From assembly GCA_032128875.1 (NCBI GenBank), contig JAVLKG010000001.1:160001-224000 (forward strand): a stretch of DNA of 64,000 bases. Direction: 5' to 3'. Each line of letters opens with the position of its first letter. Position 1 is the first letter of the stretch. The notes beneath the pieces were generated by a model. That model was not told the origin of the DNA. It made no database searches and saw nothing but the letters and a program-made list of their open reading frames with translations. Origin of the DNA: Candidatus Melainabacteria bacterium 17Bon1m (GTDB lineage Bacteria > Cyanobacteriota > Vampirovibrionia > Obscuribacterales > Obscuribacteraceae). This document shows positions 47,301 through 56,860 of the stretch, piece by piece. A program made the translations under genes and the position numbers.

Positions 47301-49640
47301 TTCCGGCTTAATGCTGTTGAGTTCGGCGACTATGTCCGATGATCCTCCCCATCCGACAATTGCCGCGCGGATATTGTCTTCAGGCTGGAGCGATGTTTGA
47401 TTTAGGGTTGCCATCGCGATTTGCCTGCGATTGTCGTCCATCCAACCGAGCACCTTTTCTCTGTACGCGGGGTCGTCGCGCAACTTCTGCTTTTCTTCAG
47501 GACTTGCGTTTTGCAGGTCTTGAAATGCTTCCTTATATGCATTACTGAAGACACCCTGGTTAAGAGCAACCTTGCGCTCGAGAGGCAGATGCCCTGTTTC
47601 TACCAGCGGCTTTCCAAAATTGTCATAGTCTTCCATGAAAGCAAATCGTGCCGCTTGCTTGAAGTCCTCAGCAAACTTTCGGTCTTCAGCTGTTTTGGGA
47701 TTGACCAAACGTTCGCGCAAAGCCGGATCTCTGCTAAGTACACTATCAACACGCCGTGCGATTTCGCCGGTTTTTTCACCTTCCCAATTCGGGCTCATTT
47801 TGAGGAGAGCGATCACATCAGAATCTGGCGCTTTTCCGTCTTTCACTTGCCTCAACATACGTTGCGCCGTGTCTAATTGATTTGGATTTCTCAGGGAGTC
47901 TTTAACTGAGTCGTCTAATTGCTTTCTAAAATTCTCGTCGGTGCGATAGCGATTTTGATCCGTCGCTGACATGTTGGAAATGGAAGTGACCAACCGCTGC
48001 GAATCTGTTCCATACCAATGTTGGCTTGCCGCGATTTCTTCGGTAACGCTGACTTTGCCTGCTTCTTGTGCTTTCGTGAAGTCTTGTGCCGCCACCATTT
48101 TGTCGTAAACAGCGAGCACTTGTTTTCGCTCATTCTCGTCTTTATTCAGGCTCGTGAGCATTTGATCCAATGCGGCACGCTGTGCTGGATTGCGCTTCGC
48201 TTCTTCGAACTGCGCTTGCGTCATATTTCGTACATCATTGGTGATGTCTTCGACGCTGGAATTATATATGGTGCCACGATGTCGAGCTAGCGATGCCACC
48301 AGTGAGCCACCGCCCTTGTTGGCAATCATATCCTCGTACTGAACCATTTCTGTCGAGTTGGCTGTTTTATTCAGCGCCTCGTGTACGGTTGTGTAATAAT
48401 CGCGCGAGGCCCTCTGCCCTTGCTCATCCAGCCCAGCAACTGCCTTTCCTTCGGATAGGGCTTTACCATCGATATACATCTTTCTTTCGTGATCGGTCAT
48501 TCTGTTGATCGCAAGTTCTACGCCTTTCTCATTATCGAAGGCAATACCTGTGTTGTCTCTGATTTGTGTGGCGGCCGACAACTTACCTTCGCGCGCGTAG
48601 TCCATCGCGTGTGTGACATCGGAATTCGAGTACCAGTGACCAAATGCGTCTTTGACGCGTTGTTCACCACCACCGTCAAGAAAGGCTTTGCGTGCCGCTG
48701 GAGACGCATCGCGCATGGATTCGGCAAAGAGCTGCGTGTCTTCTTCCTTTAGCGCAATGTTGATTAACTTTGCAGTGTCCGCGTCGGTGCGTTTATCGTT
48801 GCCCTTCAGATAGACATCAACCATGTCTTTGGTTGCTTGGGAAAATTTATCGTCTTTCATAATCGCATCTCGAAGGGACACACCATATGTCTGGCGATAC
48901 TCCGCATCGACTTTTGAAATTTGGTCAGCATTGCGCGTGGAGAGTAGGTCGCGCACGTCTTTTTCGATTTCGCTCGAACTTCTTCCCTGAATCCAATTGC
49001 GATTTTCCACGAGGTCTTCGTGAATTCGTCGCGCTGCTGTGTTTTCCGCGTTGTTGTCCTTGCGATGAAGAATATTCAGAAACTTTTCCAGGTCTGCTCC
49101 GGTTTGAAATCCTCGCATCTCTGCTTCCAAACCTTTGCCAAACTTTTCCCTGTAGATTTTGTCGATTGCTGTTCTTTCAGATTCGGTCTTTCCTTCGAGA
49201 ATCTTGTTGATAGCGTCGCGGTCCGCCCATCTGGCGACCCAGTTGTCGTTTCCGGTTGCCTTTCTAATGGCTTCCGCGTCACGAAGCGCCTGAGCCCTGT
49301 CCACGGGTTTCTCCGCAGTGGGTCTCTCTGTTGGTCTTTCTCCCGCGGGGCCTCCTGTTCTTTCCGCGCCAGTACGCTCACCTGGGGGTCTTTCGGCTGT
49401 TCGTACGTTCGGAGTTGCCGCGGCGACCTGCTTTTCTCCATCTACAAGCTCGAATTTCGAGCCAGAGCCGGCTTTCACCCCTGCAAATGAAAAAGCCATC
49501 TCGCCTTTCGCCAGTCCACGGCGGATTGCCCTGAACCTTTCGGTTTGGTCCCCCTCCTTGGCGGTTTCGCTGACTTTGTTCTTCTCTGAAGGTTTTGAAA
49601 CTTCGCCTTTTTCGGGCTTCTTCGGGGTTTCGTCGGACAT
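44325..49640 (-). CDS. 1771-aa protein: annexin-like repeats, Gly/Ala hydrophobic region, C-terminal variant HD-like domain
   Basis: Annexin-like units (DAINKILEGKTESERTAIDKIYREKFGKGLEAEM; LLSTRNADQISKVDAEYRQTYGVSLRDAI; ELNSIKPEDLARVKSDYAAKYGSSLAGDL). Tip motifs WIHT...MFSDSIK...THHVDG...AIREHQ...LIDGDGID. Confidence 0.7.
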   Translation of the reverse strand: MSDETPKKPEKGEVSKPSEKNKVSETAKEGDQTERFRAIRRGLAKGEMAFSFAGVKAGSGSKFELVDGEKQVAAATPNVRTAERPPGERTGAERTGGPAGERPTERPTAEKPVDRAQALRDAEAIRKATGNDNWVARWADRDAINKILEGKTESERTAIDKIYREKFGKGLEAEMRGFQTGADLEKFLNILHRKDNNAENTAARRIHEDLVENRNWIQGRSSSEIEKDVRDLLSTRNADQISKVDAEYRQTYGVSLRDAIMKDDKFSQATKDMVDVYLKGNDKRTDADTAKLINIALKEEDTQLFAESMRDASPAARKAFLDGGGEQRVKDAFGHWYSNSDVTHAMDYAREGKLSAATQIRDNTGIAFDNEKGVELAINRMTDHERKMYIDGKALSEGKAVAGLDEQGQRASRDYYTTVHEALNKTANSTEMVQYEDMIANKGGGSLVASLARHRGTIYNSSVEDITNDVRNMTQAQFEEAKRNPAQRAALDQMLTSLNKDENERKQVLAVYDKMVAAQDFTKAQEAGKVSVTEEIAASQHWYGTDSQRLVTSISNMSATDQNRYRTDENFRKQLDDSVKDSLRNPNQLDTAQRMLRQVKDGKAPDSDVIALLKMSPNWEGEKTGEIARRVDSVLSRDPALRERLVNPKTAEDRKFAEDFKQAARFAFMEDYDNFGKPLVETGHLPLERKVALNQGVFSNAYKEAFQDLQNASPEEKQKLRDDPAYREKVLGWMDDNRRQIAMATLNQTSLQPEDNIRAAIVGWGGSSDIVAELNSIKPEDLARVKSDYAAKYGSSLAGDLMEKLGGQDQDIAERVLAQNLSVEDRTNIARTQTQNARSGIGAALSDSVFRSGTGEQADDAMEQTNRAIAEQNQLTAAIAAGSEIANRMSPEQIQAVQQRLAAQVSEAIGFQNTATENAVESKRAAANYVADGAIITAAIGSMIITGGADAPLVIGLAFAGAGIKVGTNAAIQGNNYDLSLGQVGYDASIGSLTAATSVIGPGQIAAVFGIGKAAATRAAGIALAETGEQVLVQGGKQVIETGTREIVQNTLASGAKALNPSDFTALANRVVSSELTGEAREQAVKQLADSLQKNVSEQLASGIVRHATHIGLNASGGAAGGGLTGAGEGAAEWDSRKTVAENLAHIAQRSGELAVGGAIIGGGLSSATTGLGRARDLVRGAREGEEVAGRELTANARTAAAQGDGGVRPTARPGEETPKVDRRRKSDSARPEELQKPGAAQKPGESQKPADQQRPAPPEGRETAPVGSEVRTPRENTRREGFERNVNEKGQVLDSKGNILENDWPRVEPQNVEAVRAQVRTELAQVKASSGESVLSKLEKSGLSPEQQQRVIDSLGEVREHYARTFATDIDQPVNWIHTQGELGRVIDSAKAAGLTPQQTEDALLASMFSDSIKTKANFTTHHVDGELAAEHILRNKLGGEFTQERLDGILHAIREHQIAPPAFMAMIYGGAIRRSFGRALTEEENGVLTSLLKKMSDPFKSPTVDGPGGGKVLQLSDAEREMLKRTGADNWFVPSENTPWYKMSRALIDGDGIDNYATPGGLSKIIQIRGPETGPFFKDGNFRFENPERAAGAPPNSSQQSWRDSFNDFANVASPDGLKIARAAAFDAEESAVKAQARVDKWLREKLGIPDNQELPVIPGWTGKPQLDAAGKPLIGPNGRVVVQPDNVKYPDYEQRWWDIHMKPAGARSAEEKAFYEAPANRYRGLNEQQIREFKLAQEIRDRYAAELRKEQRVAGDAAPDYQPVVPAR

Positions 49641-49800
49641 ATCAATTCCTCCAGGACCGTCAGGTCCCGTGAAAGCGCCATACCAGGTTTTATATACCCA
49701 TGGAGTTATATGGATTTTGTGTTAACTGGTAAGCGCCTAAATGTCAAGAGAATGTAAGACGATACCCAGTACAGCCCTTCGGGGTGGGTAGAATATTTTT

Positions 49801-51450
49801 GTGGACGAATCAAACAACATTAACACCCAAGCTGACTCGCTTGTCGGCACAAAACTCGACGACCGGTATGAAATCCTCTCTGTCATCGCCAGTGGTGGCA
49901 TGGGTGTTGTCTACCGTGGTCGTCATATCCTCATGGATAAAATCGTCGCGATCAAAATGTTGAATGCTGCTTTTTCTAATGAGCCTGATGCATACTCGCG
50001 ATTTCAGAATGAAGCCAAAATTGCTTGTCAATTAAGTCACCCCAACATTGTTACTGTGCACGACTTTGGCATCGCCGGTGAGAAGATGTACTTAGTCATG
50101 GATTTTGTCGAGGGGCGGACCATTGGCGATTTACTCGATGACGAGACGTTTTTGCCTGTGCGTCGCGTTACGGATATGGCGCTGCAGATCTGCGATGCTC
50201 TGCAATACGCGCATGAGCAAGGGCTTATACACCGCGATCTGAAGGCGGAAAACATCATGATTGTGGCCAATAAAGATGGACAGGATCAGATCAAGATTCT
50301 CGACTTCGGTTTGGCGAAGTTTTTCGGTGAAGGAAAACAGCAGCAGCTTTCCGCTTCCGGATTCATGATGGGGACTGCCTATTACATGAGTCCTGAACAG
50401 TGTCGAGGGAAGCGCGCCGATGTCCGCAGTGAAATCTACTCGCTTGCTTGTGTCCTTTACGAAGCTCTTTGTGGCGTACCTCCACTTGTTGGAGAAAACG
50501 TTCTTGAAACAGTGCAAAAGCACATTGATGAGGCACCAATACCGGTGTCACAGGTTCGACCAGAGCTTGAAATTTCGGGCGATGTGGAAGCTGTAATCAG
50601 CAAGGGACTTAGTAAAAATCCTAACGACCGCTTTCAGTCTGCTGCGGAGTTCAAAGCTGCAATCGAACGGCTGAAACTTGCTGGTTCTGCCGGAAGCACA
50701 CATGTTCCGATTGAGACTCCCGCCGCTGTTGAAACAGCAAAGCCGAATTTCTTGGTGCCGATTATCGTGGTGCTTGCTCTGGTGGGTGCAGCTGCTTTTG
50801 CGATGATGAATGCTCATCCCGTGAGGCAGTCTCCTGCAAGCAAAAGAGTTGTGAAAACGCCATCACGCGCAGCGAGCCCAACTTGGACGAAACACTATAA
50901 AGCCGCTGTAGTTGCATTTGATGATGAGAAATACGAGGAGGCTGAGAAAGCCCTTTCACTCGCGATATTGGAAGCGCGTCGTTCGGGCAATGATATTGAG
51001 TTGCTGCAGTCTCTGCGCAAGCAGCAAGATGTGCTGTATGTGCAACGCAAATTCAAAGATGCTGATGCTGTTGATTCCGAGATTATGCGTTTGACAGCAT
51101 CGACTTCAACGCAGGAATTGTCGCCTTCACCTGCAGATAAAGGGAAGCCTGCAGGAGCCAGTGCTGAAGCGGAAACGGGGAATATGAAATCGCAGGACGA
51201 GCGCATTGCAAAACTTGCAATGTTTTGCCACGAACGCGGTCAGTGCGGAACTGCTATTAAGCTATTGGAACATTCTGTCGAAGTGTCTAAACGAATGCAT
51301 GGTGTCAACAGTCTCAAGACGGCAGAGCGCATTCAAGAACTTGCATCACTGCATATCGCGCTCGATGAAAGCGATAAAGCACAGCCGCTGTTAGAACAAG
51401 TGATGGAAATCAAGGCTGCTGTCGCGAAGAAGTACAAAGGTGCGAAGTAG
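49801..51450 (+). CDS. Hanks-type Ser/Thr protein kinase with TM helix and TPR-like C-terminus
   Basis: SGGMGVVY, VAIK, HRDLKAEN, DFG, YMSPE; TM segment LVPIIVVLALVGAAAF. Confidence 0.93.
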   Translation: MDESNNINTQADSLVGTKLDDRYEILSVIASGGMGVVYRGRHILMDKIVAIKMLNAAFSNEPDAYSRFQNEAKIACQLSHPNIVTVHDFGIAGEKMYLVMDFVEGRTIGDLLDDETFLPVRRVTDMALQICDALQYAHEQGLIHRDLKAENIMIVANKDGQDQIKILDFGLAKFFGEGKQQQLSASGFMMGTAYYMSPEQCRGKRADVRSEIYSLACVLYEALCGVPPLVGENVLETVQKHIDEAPIPVSQVRPELEISGDVEAVISKGLSKNPNDRFQSAAEFKAAIERLKLAGSAGSTHVPIETPAAVETAKPNFLVPIIVVLALVGAAAFAMMNAHPVRQSPASKRVVKTPSRAASPTWTKHYKAAVVAFDDEKYEEAEKALSLAILEARRSGNDIELLQSLRKQQDVLYVQRKFKDADAVDSEIMRLTASTSTQELSPSPADKGKPAGASAEAETGNMKSQDERIAKLAMFCHERGQCGTAIKLLEHSVEVSKRMHGVNSLKTAERIQELASLHIALDESDKAQPLLEQVMEIKAAVAKKYKGAK

Positions 51451-51491
51451 AAGAACGCACGAAATAGACGGGGGCGCGAAGGGCTGTTTGC

Positions 51492-53465
51492 TTATCTGCG
51501 TCTTTTGTCTGGATCTCGTTTTTTCGGCACATGTGGTTCGCTCAAGTGTTCGAGCTTCCACTGGTATTCAGTCCGTTCAATATTACGTCGATTCGCTTCA
51601 TTGTTTTCAATAATTTTTCCGTCCAGACCGCGGATCATTTTGGGCTGACCATCTGGGCCGGGGGGATACTTCTTATCGATTTGAGCTTGGTCATACTTCT
51701 TGATCACTTCGTACATCTTCGGAGAATCAATCGCGAGTGTTCGACGATCTCCACCATTGCGCTCTTGCCCTGTTATTCCCATGCGGAAGCCTGCTAGCGA
51801 CTCGGCGTGCTGTTCTGTAGGATGGAAGAAGTAAGCATTCATGGAAGGAACCTTCGCACGATCGCGCATCTGTTCTGGATCTAGTCGGCGTTTTCCATCA
51901 GTTGGTTGTTTGCCACCAGCCCAGCGAAATTCACCTTTTTCCTGGTCGAAACGCCACAGCCCACCAGTCTTGTCCTGGAGAACGGGTGTCTTCAGGCGTT
52001 CACTCCATCGCCATCCCATGTCGGCGGCAAGCTTTCTGCTTTCTGGTGTTCCTTCCGGACCTACCATATCGCCAAGCATTTTGCCCATCTTTTGCTCGTG
52101 GTGCCCGAGTTCGTGGTAGAGCGTAGCTTCTAATCCTTGTGCACCATTCATCTCTTGCCGAGCGAGCGGAAGGACATACATATTTCCATTTTTTGCATCT
52201 GTGATTGCCTTTGGATTGTGGCATCCATTGCATTCATGTGATGTCGCAGGCTTGTCACCTTTTTCACCTTTGTAGGCGCCATAAAGATCGGCTTTATTTT
52301 CATCTGCACGAATGAACCACATTTTCATGCCACTATAATTTTCGTGGCTCGTGTTTTTCAAAACATTTTTCAAGACATTGAGTTCGGCCTCTGATGGAAC
52401 ACCAGCATAAATAGGATCTTCTTGCGGCTCGCCGGGCACTCTGCCTTCGTTTTTTACCTTCTCTCCCGGTTTTGCAAACTTAATGCCGTATTGCCTGGTA
52501 ATTTCTTCTTGCATCTTGTTGATGCGTTCTAGTTGAGGTGATTGCGCAACCACGGCGTCGCCTTTGTCAGGCTTGAATCGAAATTCACCGTGTTCTGCAA
52601 GAGCAACAGTCCCTGATTTTTTCTCTCCGGTTTTCGTGTTCGTCCAATTTTTTCCGTCGCCCGTCCACTCTCCACTGCTATCACTGAAGCCAGTGGGAAT
52701 GCCTTTCTTATCGCGGGTGACAGAGAATTGTTCACCAGACTGATTGGTAATTGCGCGCGTAACTTTTCCGTCAGGAGAGTAAGTCGAGCGCACACCATAA
52801 TCTTCATTGCTGACAGAGTAATTGCCATTGCTGTCGATGCCGACTTGACCGCGCCGGAAGCGCAGATTGGGTTCCTCTGTCTTCCACGTTCTGCCACCAT
52901 CTTGCGATTTCCATTCGCCCAAGTGGTCGCGAACGAAGTTTGGCTTGCCGTCCATGCCGTATCGAATTTCGACCTGTGTGTCGACGGGCGAGCCTGTACC
53001 ATAGATTCGCGTGCGTTCAATCTTGCTGACGTCTGGCGGCAGCTGCTCCGTGCCAGGTAATGTGCGTTCGACGGGCCTGGCAGCGCGATCTACTGTCGCA
53101 ACGGGACGATCACCGCGCGCTGAAGCGAGATCTGTCGGCGTTCCTGCGCGTTCACCTTGCAATTGGCGTGTTCTTGGATTGAGCAAACCGCTAAAGTCGT
53201 TTCCATTAAATGCGATATCAAACCTGCCAAAGGCCTCGGGGACGCCGCCCAAATTTGCATTGCGCGTGAGATCACCCAGGAATCTGAGCGTGTCTTGAGG
53301 AGAACCCGCCGTAAGACCAACTCTGGAGGCAAAATCCGTGCCGCCGTTTGAAGAGGTTTCTGGCTTTACTTCTGGTTTTACATCAGCTGTCGGCGTTTCG
53401 TTATTTTGGTCTGCGACCGTGTGTCGCTGTCGAGCCGGTTCAACCGGAGTATCTGCTATAGGCAT
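51492..53465 (-). CDS. Hypothetical protein with beta-repeats and C-terminal zincin metallopeptidase-like domain
   Basis: LYHELGH, downstream EQHAESL and SPKMYEVI; two GEW..DG..W repeats. Confidence 0.65.
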   Translation of the reverse strand: MPIADTPVEPARQRHTVADQNNETPTADVKPEVKPETSSNGGTDFASRVGLTAGSPQDTLRFLGDLTRNANLGGVPEAFGRFDIAFNGNDFSGLLNPRTRQLQGERAGTPTDLASARGDRPVATVDRAARPVERTLPGTEQLPPDVSKIERTRIYGTGSPVDTQVEIRYGMDGKPNFVRDHLGEWKSQDGGRTWKTEEPNLRFRRGQVGIDSNGNYSVSNEDYGVRSTYSPDGKVTRAITNQSGEQFSVTRDKKGIPTGFSDSSGEWTGDGKNWTNTKTGEKKSGTVALAEHGEFRFKPDKGDAVVAQSPQLERINKMQEEITRQYGIKFAKPGEKVKNEGRVPGEPQEDPIYAGVPSEAELNVLKNVLKNTSHENYSGMKMWFIRADENKADLYGAYKGEKGDKPATSHECNGCHNPKAITDAKNGNMYVLPLARQEMNGAQGLEATLYHELGHHEQKMGKMLGDMVGPEGTPESRKLAADMGWRWSERLKTPVLQDKTGGLWRFDQEKGEFRWAGGKQPTDGKRRLDPEQMRDRAKVPSMNAYFFHPTEQHAESLAGFRMGITGQERNGGDRRTLAIDSPKMYEVIKKYDQAQIDKKYPPGPDGQPKMIRGLDGKIIENNEANRRNIERTEYQWKLEHLSEPHVPKKRDPDKRRR

Positions 53466-53725
53466 GCTTAAACCCAATGGAGAGTGGACCGCTTTTGGCG
53501 GGTGAGGAGGTTTATCGCGGGGAAGGTCATAGTAATCGCGACCTTATTATATGGAAGGCAGTGTGAACAGGTCGTGAAGAAGCGGTCTATCCCTCTGCCG
53601 GAGGCGAAGCAGCCGTTTAATATTTCTCTGCGGGTCTTACGAACCGGCATGCGTGCCTACCCCATTGAAAGGTTGCTTGCAAAAGCGCAGACTGCGGACA
53701 ACCTCCCTTGCATCGCGGTCCTCGC

Positions 53726-55603
53726 ATGCCTGAACTTGCATCCGACTCCAAATCCAAAGCTTCTGACGCTCACAAATCTGATAGTGCGGTGAATTGGGCT
53801 GAGCAGAATATTCTGAATCCCGCTCTCAACGCGGGTCCGCTGGCTATGTACAACATTGTGGCGGACGCAGCGAACTTGCCTGAAGTACACCTTCAGGTAG
53901 AAGAGCAAAAGCCATATAGTCCTGGCTGGTTCGTGCAAGGTGTATCGGGCGGCGTTGGCGCTGTTCTTCCTTTCTATCTGGCTGGCAAAGGCGCGGGCAA
54001 GGCGATGTTGGCTGCCGATGGAGCGCTCGCCGGAACCAGGGTTGGTGAGGCATTAAGTCCGGTTTTAACGTCGAGCCGTGTCGCAAACATCACAGGCGCA
54101 GCAGCATTTGGGGGCTTGCAGAGGCCGGACGAAAACCACACTCGCCTGGGAAACGCTATTGGAACGGGCGTTGGCTTCCTTGTTTTTGATAGGGGTAACC
54201 TTCTGTCCAAGCAGCTGCCGCTTGCTGGCAGGCTTGCCGCCTATCCAATGACCGGTTTTGTCGGCGGCGCAGTCATGAGTGAAACGTCGCAACTGGCTTC
54301 GAATGGAAAGCTGGCGCCGGCAGAGGTTGTACTGCAGTCAGGAGTTCAAGGTATGGCATTGAACACCCTTCTGCCATTGGCGCACGAGGGCTTTACGAGG
54401 ATCTCGACCAAGTCGCTTCCCTCAGAGCCAGTTGGTAGACAAGGCTCCGGCGAACCTGGAAGCACTTCCGTTTTAGAAACCAAGATTGGCGCCGAAGAAG
54501 TCAGAACCAACGGAATCATCGCGCCCGAAGGGGGACTCGAAGGAGCGTTTAGTAAAGTTGCTCTGCAAAACAGCACCCAATTGCGCGCGCTATCTAAGTC
54601 TTATTCTGATTGGGTCAACGAAACCAAACCGAGCTATCCGGCTAGCGAAGAGTTTGCAAACCTATCTCCTAACGAGATTGTGCAGCGTGGTTTTTACCAC
54701 CCTGAGGCGACTAACCTCGACCTGCTCAAAACCTTCCAGGATGCAAAACCTCGCCCTCTACCTGACGCGAAAGTTGTTGCGTCCGAAGTAGGAAAGAGCA
54801 TGGAGTCCATGCCTATCGCGAAGCCTACCGGCGATCTGGTGCTGGGCGAATGGAACATGGAATTTCTTACCGGTGACAAAGCCCAGTATTTCAGCGATAC
54901 CTATAAGCACATCGTGCCACGCCACCACCTCATGTTTGTGGAAGAAACTAACGTCGATGGATTGGCTAGAGTTGCAAAAGACAATGGATACAACTATGAG
55001 GTATCGCGAGATAACAGCAGAGGGCAAGCGGTTGGATTTCTCGTTCACCCCCGCTTGAAAGTCCTGGGCACGCATACTTACGAAGAAGTCGCCAACGTGC
55101 ACAACATTCCAGACTTGCGACCGGCATTTCGTGTTGATTTGCTTGATACTGCATCTGGTGAAAAGTTTTCCGCAGTCACTGTTCACCTTAAGTCAATGAG
55201 AGGCGGGCCGGAAGCCACTGCTCCTGTTCGCACCGAGCAGGCTAGAATCCTTGCCGCATCTCTGGGCAAGGATTTCCGTGGTATCGTAGCTGGTGATTGG
55301 AATACTTTCCTTGATAAAACCCGCGAACTCGATCCGCTTTTGAATGCCGGCTTTAAAATTGCCAATCCTGGTGATACCACTTCCACACAGTCGATGGGCG
55401 GACGCTTGGATGGCTTCTTGTACAAAGGCATTCCGTGGCTGATGTCGAATCCGGAAGTGCGTCCTTTCTTCCAGAACCCACGCATCACTAGAGGTCTGTC
55501 TGATCACGGATTGCTTAGCACGACGTTGAGACCACAAAGAACGACCGTGCCAATTCTGCAATACATTCCGACGTGGGCGTCATTTGACCAGTCGAGAAAC
55601 TGA
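53726..55603 (+). CDS. Gly/Ala-rich hydrophobic N-region fused to endonuclease/exonuclease/phosphatase (DNase I-like) domain
   Basis: EWNMEF, FVEE, VHLKS, AGDWNT, RLDGF, LSDH. Confidence 0.85.
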   Translation: MPELASDSKSKASDAHKSDSAVNWAEQNILNPALNAGPLAMYNIVADAANLPEVHLQVEEQKPYSPGWFVQGVSGGVGAVLPFYLAGKGAGKAMLAADGALAGTRVGEALSPVLTSSRVANITGAAAFGGLQRPDENHTRLGNAIGTGVGFLVFDRGNLLSKQLPLAGRLAAYPMTGFVGGAVMSETSQLASNGKLAPAEVVLQSGVQGMALNTLLPLAHEGFTRISTKSLPSEPVGRQGSGEPGSTSVLETKIGAEEVRTNGIIAPEGGLEGAFSKVALQNSTQLRALSKSYSDWVNETKPSYPASEEFANLSPNEIVQRGFYHPEATNLDLLKTFQDAKPRPLPDAKVVASEVGKSMESMPIAKPTGDLVLGEWNMEFLTGDKAQYFSDTYKHIVPRHHLMFVEETNVDGLARVAKDNGYNYEVSRDNSRGQAVGFLVHPRLKVLGTHTYEEVANVHNIPDLRPAFRVDLLDTASGEKFSAVTVHLKSMRGGPEATAPVRTEQARILAASLGKDFRGIVAGDWNTFLDKTRELDPLLNAGFKIANPGDTTSTQSMGGRLDGFLYKGIPWLMSNPEVRPFFQNPRITRGLSDHGLLSTTLRPQRTTVPILQYIPTWASFDQSRN

Positions 55604-55645
55604 TTAACTTAATTGAGAGCCGCTTAGTTTGGTAGAGAAACTGAT

Positions 55646-56713
55646 TTATTTAGTCGCGACGTAGATGCAGTTTTGAATGTCGTGCGTGAGTTTTTGAATT
55701 TCAACCGACTTGAATCCCGCGCGCTCCAGGTAGTTTTTTGCAGTCTCCCGCCCCCACATGGTGCCGAGTCCTTCGCCGTTTTGCGAAAGAGAGACAGTCA
55801 TGCAATGCATACAAGAAACGGCGTACAAGAATGGACCGAGTGGATGATTGAGGTTGTTCTCTACCTTACTTGATGCGTCGATATCTTGCATCAAGAATGT
55901 GCCGGTTGATTTCAATGCCTTGCTTATATTGTTCAAAACAGTCTGAGGCTGCGCTTGATCGTGAATTGCATCAAAGGCGGTGATGAAGTCAAATTTCTCT
56001 ACGTCTCCAAGAGCGGAAACATCGCGAACTTCAAATGACAGATTGCTTAAACCTCTTGCCTTTGCCTCTTGTGTGGCGAAAGCAACGGTGTCATCGCAAA
56101 GGTCATATCCAACAAATTTACTCTTTGGAAACGCCTTCGCCATGCGCATTAACGCCAGCCCGCGCCCGCATCCAATGTCCATTACGTCGATGCCTTGTTC
56201 TAATTTCTCAACGAGTCCGTCAACCAATGGCAAGACAGTCTCGAGTAGTGCAGGAACAAGTGATTGGCCGCTGTCTTCTGCCATCACTTCATGGAAGCGC
56301 TTGAAGGATGAATACGGCACGCCGCCACCTTTGTGGAAGCATTCAATGATTTCATCCTCGACGCCTGCCATTACGCTGACATACTGCGCGAACACTGCAA
56401 GATTGTCTTTTCCGGATTGGCGGATGAGCAAGTACGCATGCTCTGGCGGCAAGGAGTATTGCTGGTGTTGAGCATCGAAATTGACGATCCCGCTGACAGT
56501 CATCGCGTTCAGCCATTCGCGAACATATCTTTCGTTGAGGGTCGCCGCTTTTGCGAGCTGTTCACTAGACGCCGCACCGATTTCCGCCATTTTGTCAAAG
56601 AGTTTTGTGCGATGACCGACGGCGATCATTAATGTTGTCGCGGCGCCGTTGTAAATATCGAGAAGCTTTTCGTCAAATCGCTTCTCTGTTTTCGTTTCCG
56701 CAGGTGCTGGCAT
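55646..56713 (-). CDS. SAM-dependent methyltransferase with N-terminal winged helix (Rv2258c-like)
   Basis: LNERYVREWL, MDIGCGRG, FDAIHD, SCMHCMTVSL. Confidence 0.9.
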   Translation of the reverse strand: MPAPAETKTEKRFDEKLLDIYNGAATTLMIAVGHRTKLFDKMAEIGAASSEQLAKAATLNERYVREWLNAMTVSGIVNFDAQHQQYSLPPEHAYLLIRQSGKDNLAVFAQYVSVMAGVEDEIIECFHKGGGVPYSSFKRFHEVMAEDSGQSLVPALLETVLPLVDGLVEKLEQGIDVMDIGCGRGLALMRMAKAFPKSKFVGYDLCDDTVAFATQEAKARGLSNLSFEVRDVSALGDVEKFDFITAFDAIHDQAQPQTVLNNISKALKSTGTFLMQDIDASSKVENNLNHPLGPFLYAVSCMHCMTVSLSQNGEGLGTMWGRETAKNYLERAGFKSVEIQKLTHDIQNCIYVATK

Positions 56714-56860
56714 TAAAAATTTCCTCAAACTGCAACAATCGGTCTAATTTGAAAGTGTATTAGAGTAGGTGGTTAAGTTGGCGCAGTTCAATGTTTTGTG
56801 AATGAATTCTGTCTGTAAGGTTGGTGCATTTTAGGCGCTATTGCGCTTCTAGGAGACGTA

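Noticed and set aside
52217-52237. CxxCH heme c motif (HECNGCH) in the zincin-like protein
   Set aside because: Single motif in a protein with no export signal, within a probable loop; heme attachment is unsupported.
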